A DNA stretch of 31,877 bases from a virus, in IMG/VR virus record IMGVR_UViG_3300013947_000014, positions 1 to 31,877 of that record; one strand, given 5' to 3'. How positions within the stretch are numbered: position 1 is the first letter of the stretch; each line of letters opens with the position of its first letter. The notes below the pieces were generated by a model. The model made no database searches. It had not been told where the DNA came from and worked only from the letters and a program-made list of their open reading frames with translations. This document shows, one piece after another, positions 31,874-31,877 of the stretch. The translations under genes were made by a program, and so were the position numbers.

Positions 31874-31877
31874 TGTG
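31800..31877. repeat. Terminal overlap, identical to nt 1-78
   Basis: See the feature at 1-78. Confidence 0.9.

Noticed and set aside
26448-31877. A second (remote) VR for the DGR
   Set aside because: I scanned by eye for further copies of the invariant TR 3' end (ggttcggttggtcagg) and the ccaggcgtgg 5' end. Only the VR and TR copies were found. A computational search is needed to exclude more diverged copies.

Overview
The window is a complete, circularly closed temperate siphovirus-like phage genome. Nt 1-78 are identical to nt 31800-31877, so the unique length is 31,799 bp. Almost all genes are on the + strand.

Gene order:
- A moron/lysogeny region: an outer-membrane-anchored coiled-coil protein, a decayed IS4-like element, an attP that copies the 3' half of tRNA-Gly(UCC), a tyrosine integrase, a RelE/HigB-like toxin with an XRE antitoxin, and a divergent CI-like repressor / RHH switch.
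- A replication module: a ParB-like protein, a replisome organiser with internal iterons, and a DnaC-like loader.
- An HNH / P27 TerS / TerL packaging module.
- HK97-type head genes: a portal fused to a MuF-like domain, a prohead protease, and the major capsid protein.
- Tail genes: the tube protein, G/GT chaperones with a -1 frameshift site, the tape measure, a 1130-aa tip protein, and the tail fibre.
- A lysis-like cassette: XhlA-like protein, holin, and a 4-TM protein.

The main finding is a complete diversity-generating retroelement (DGR) attached to the tail-fibre gene, in the order target-VR, Avd, TR, RT. The VR/TR alignment read directly from the sequence shows 15 mismatches over 86 nt, and every one falls on a TR adenine.

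Other features worth follow-up:
- An A+T-rich insertion between the chaperone and tape-measure genes, flanked by a duplicated gene end and carrying two small membrane-protein genes.
- A conserved 28-nt hairpin element upstream of both the packaging and lysis modules.
- A (TAC)6 repeat in the spacer of the early promoter.
- No recognisable endolysin.
- Debris from several mobile elements.

All functional calls come from motifs, gene order and size read by eye. No HMM or BLAST search was possible.
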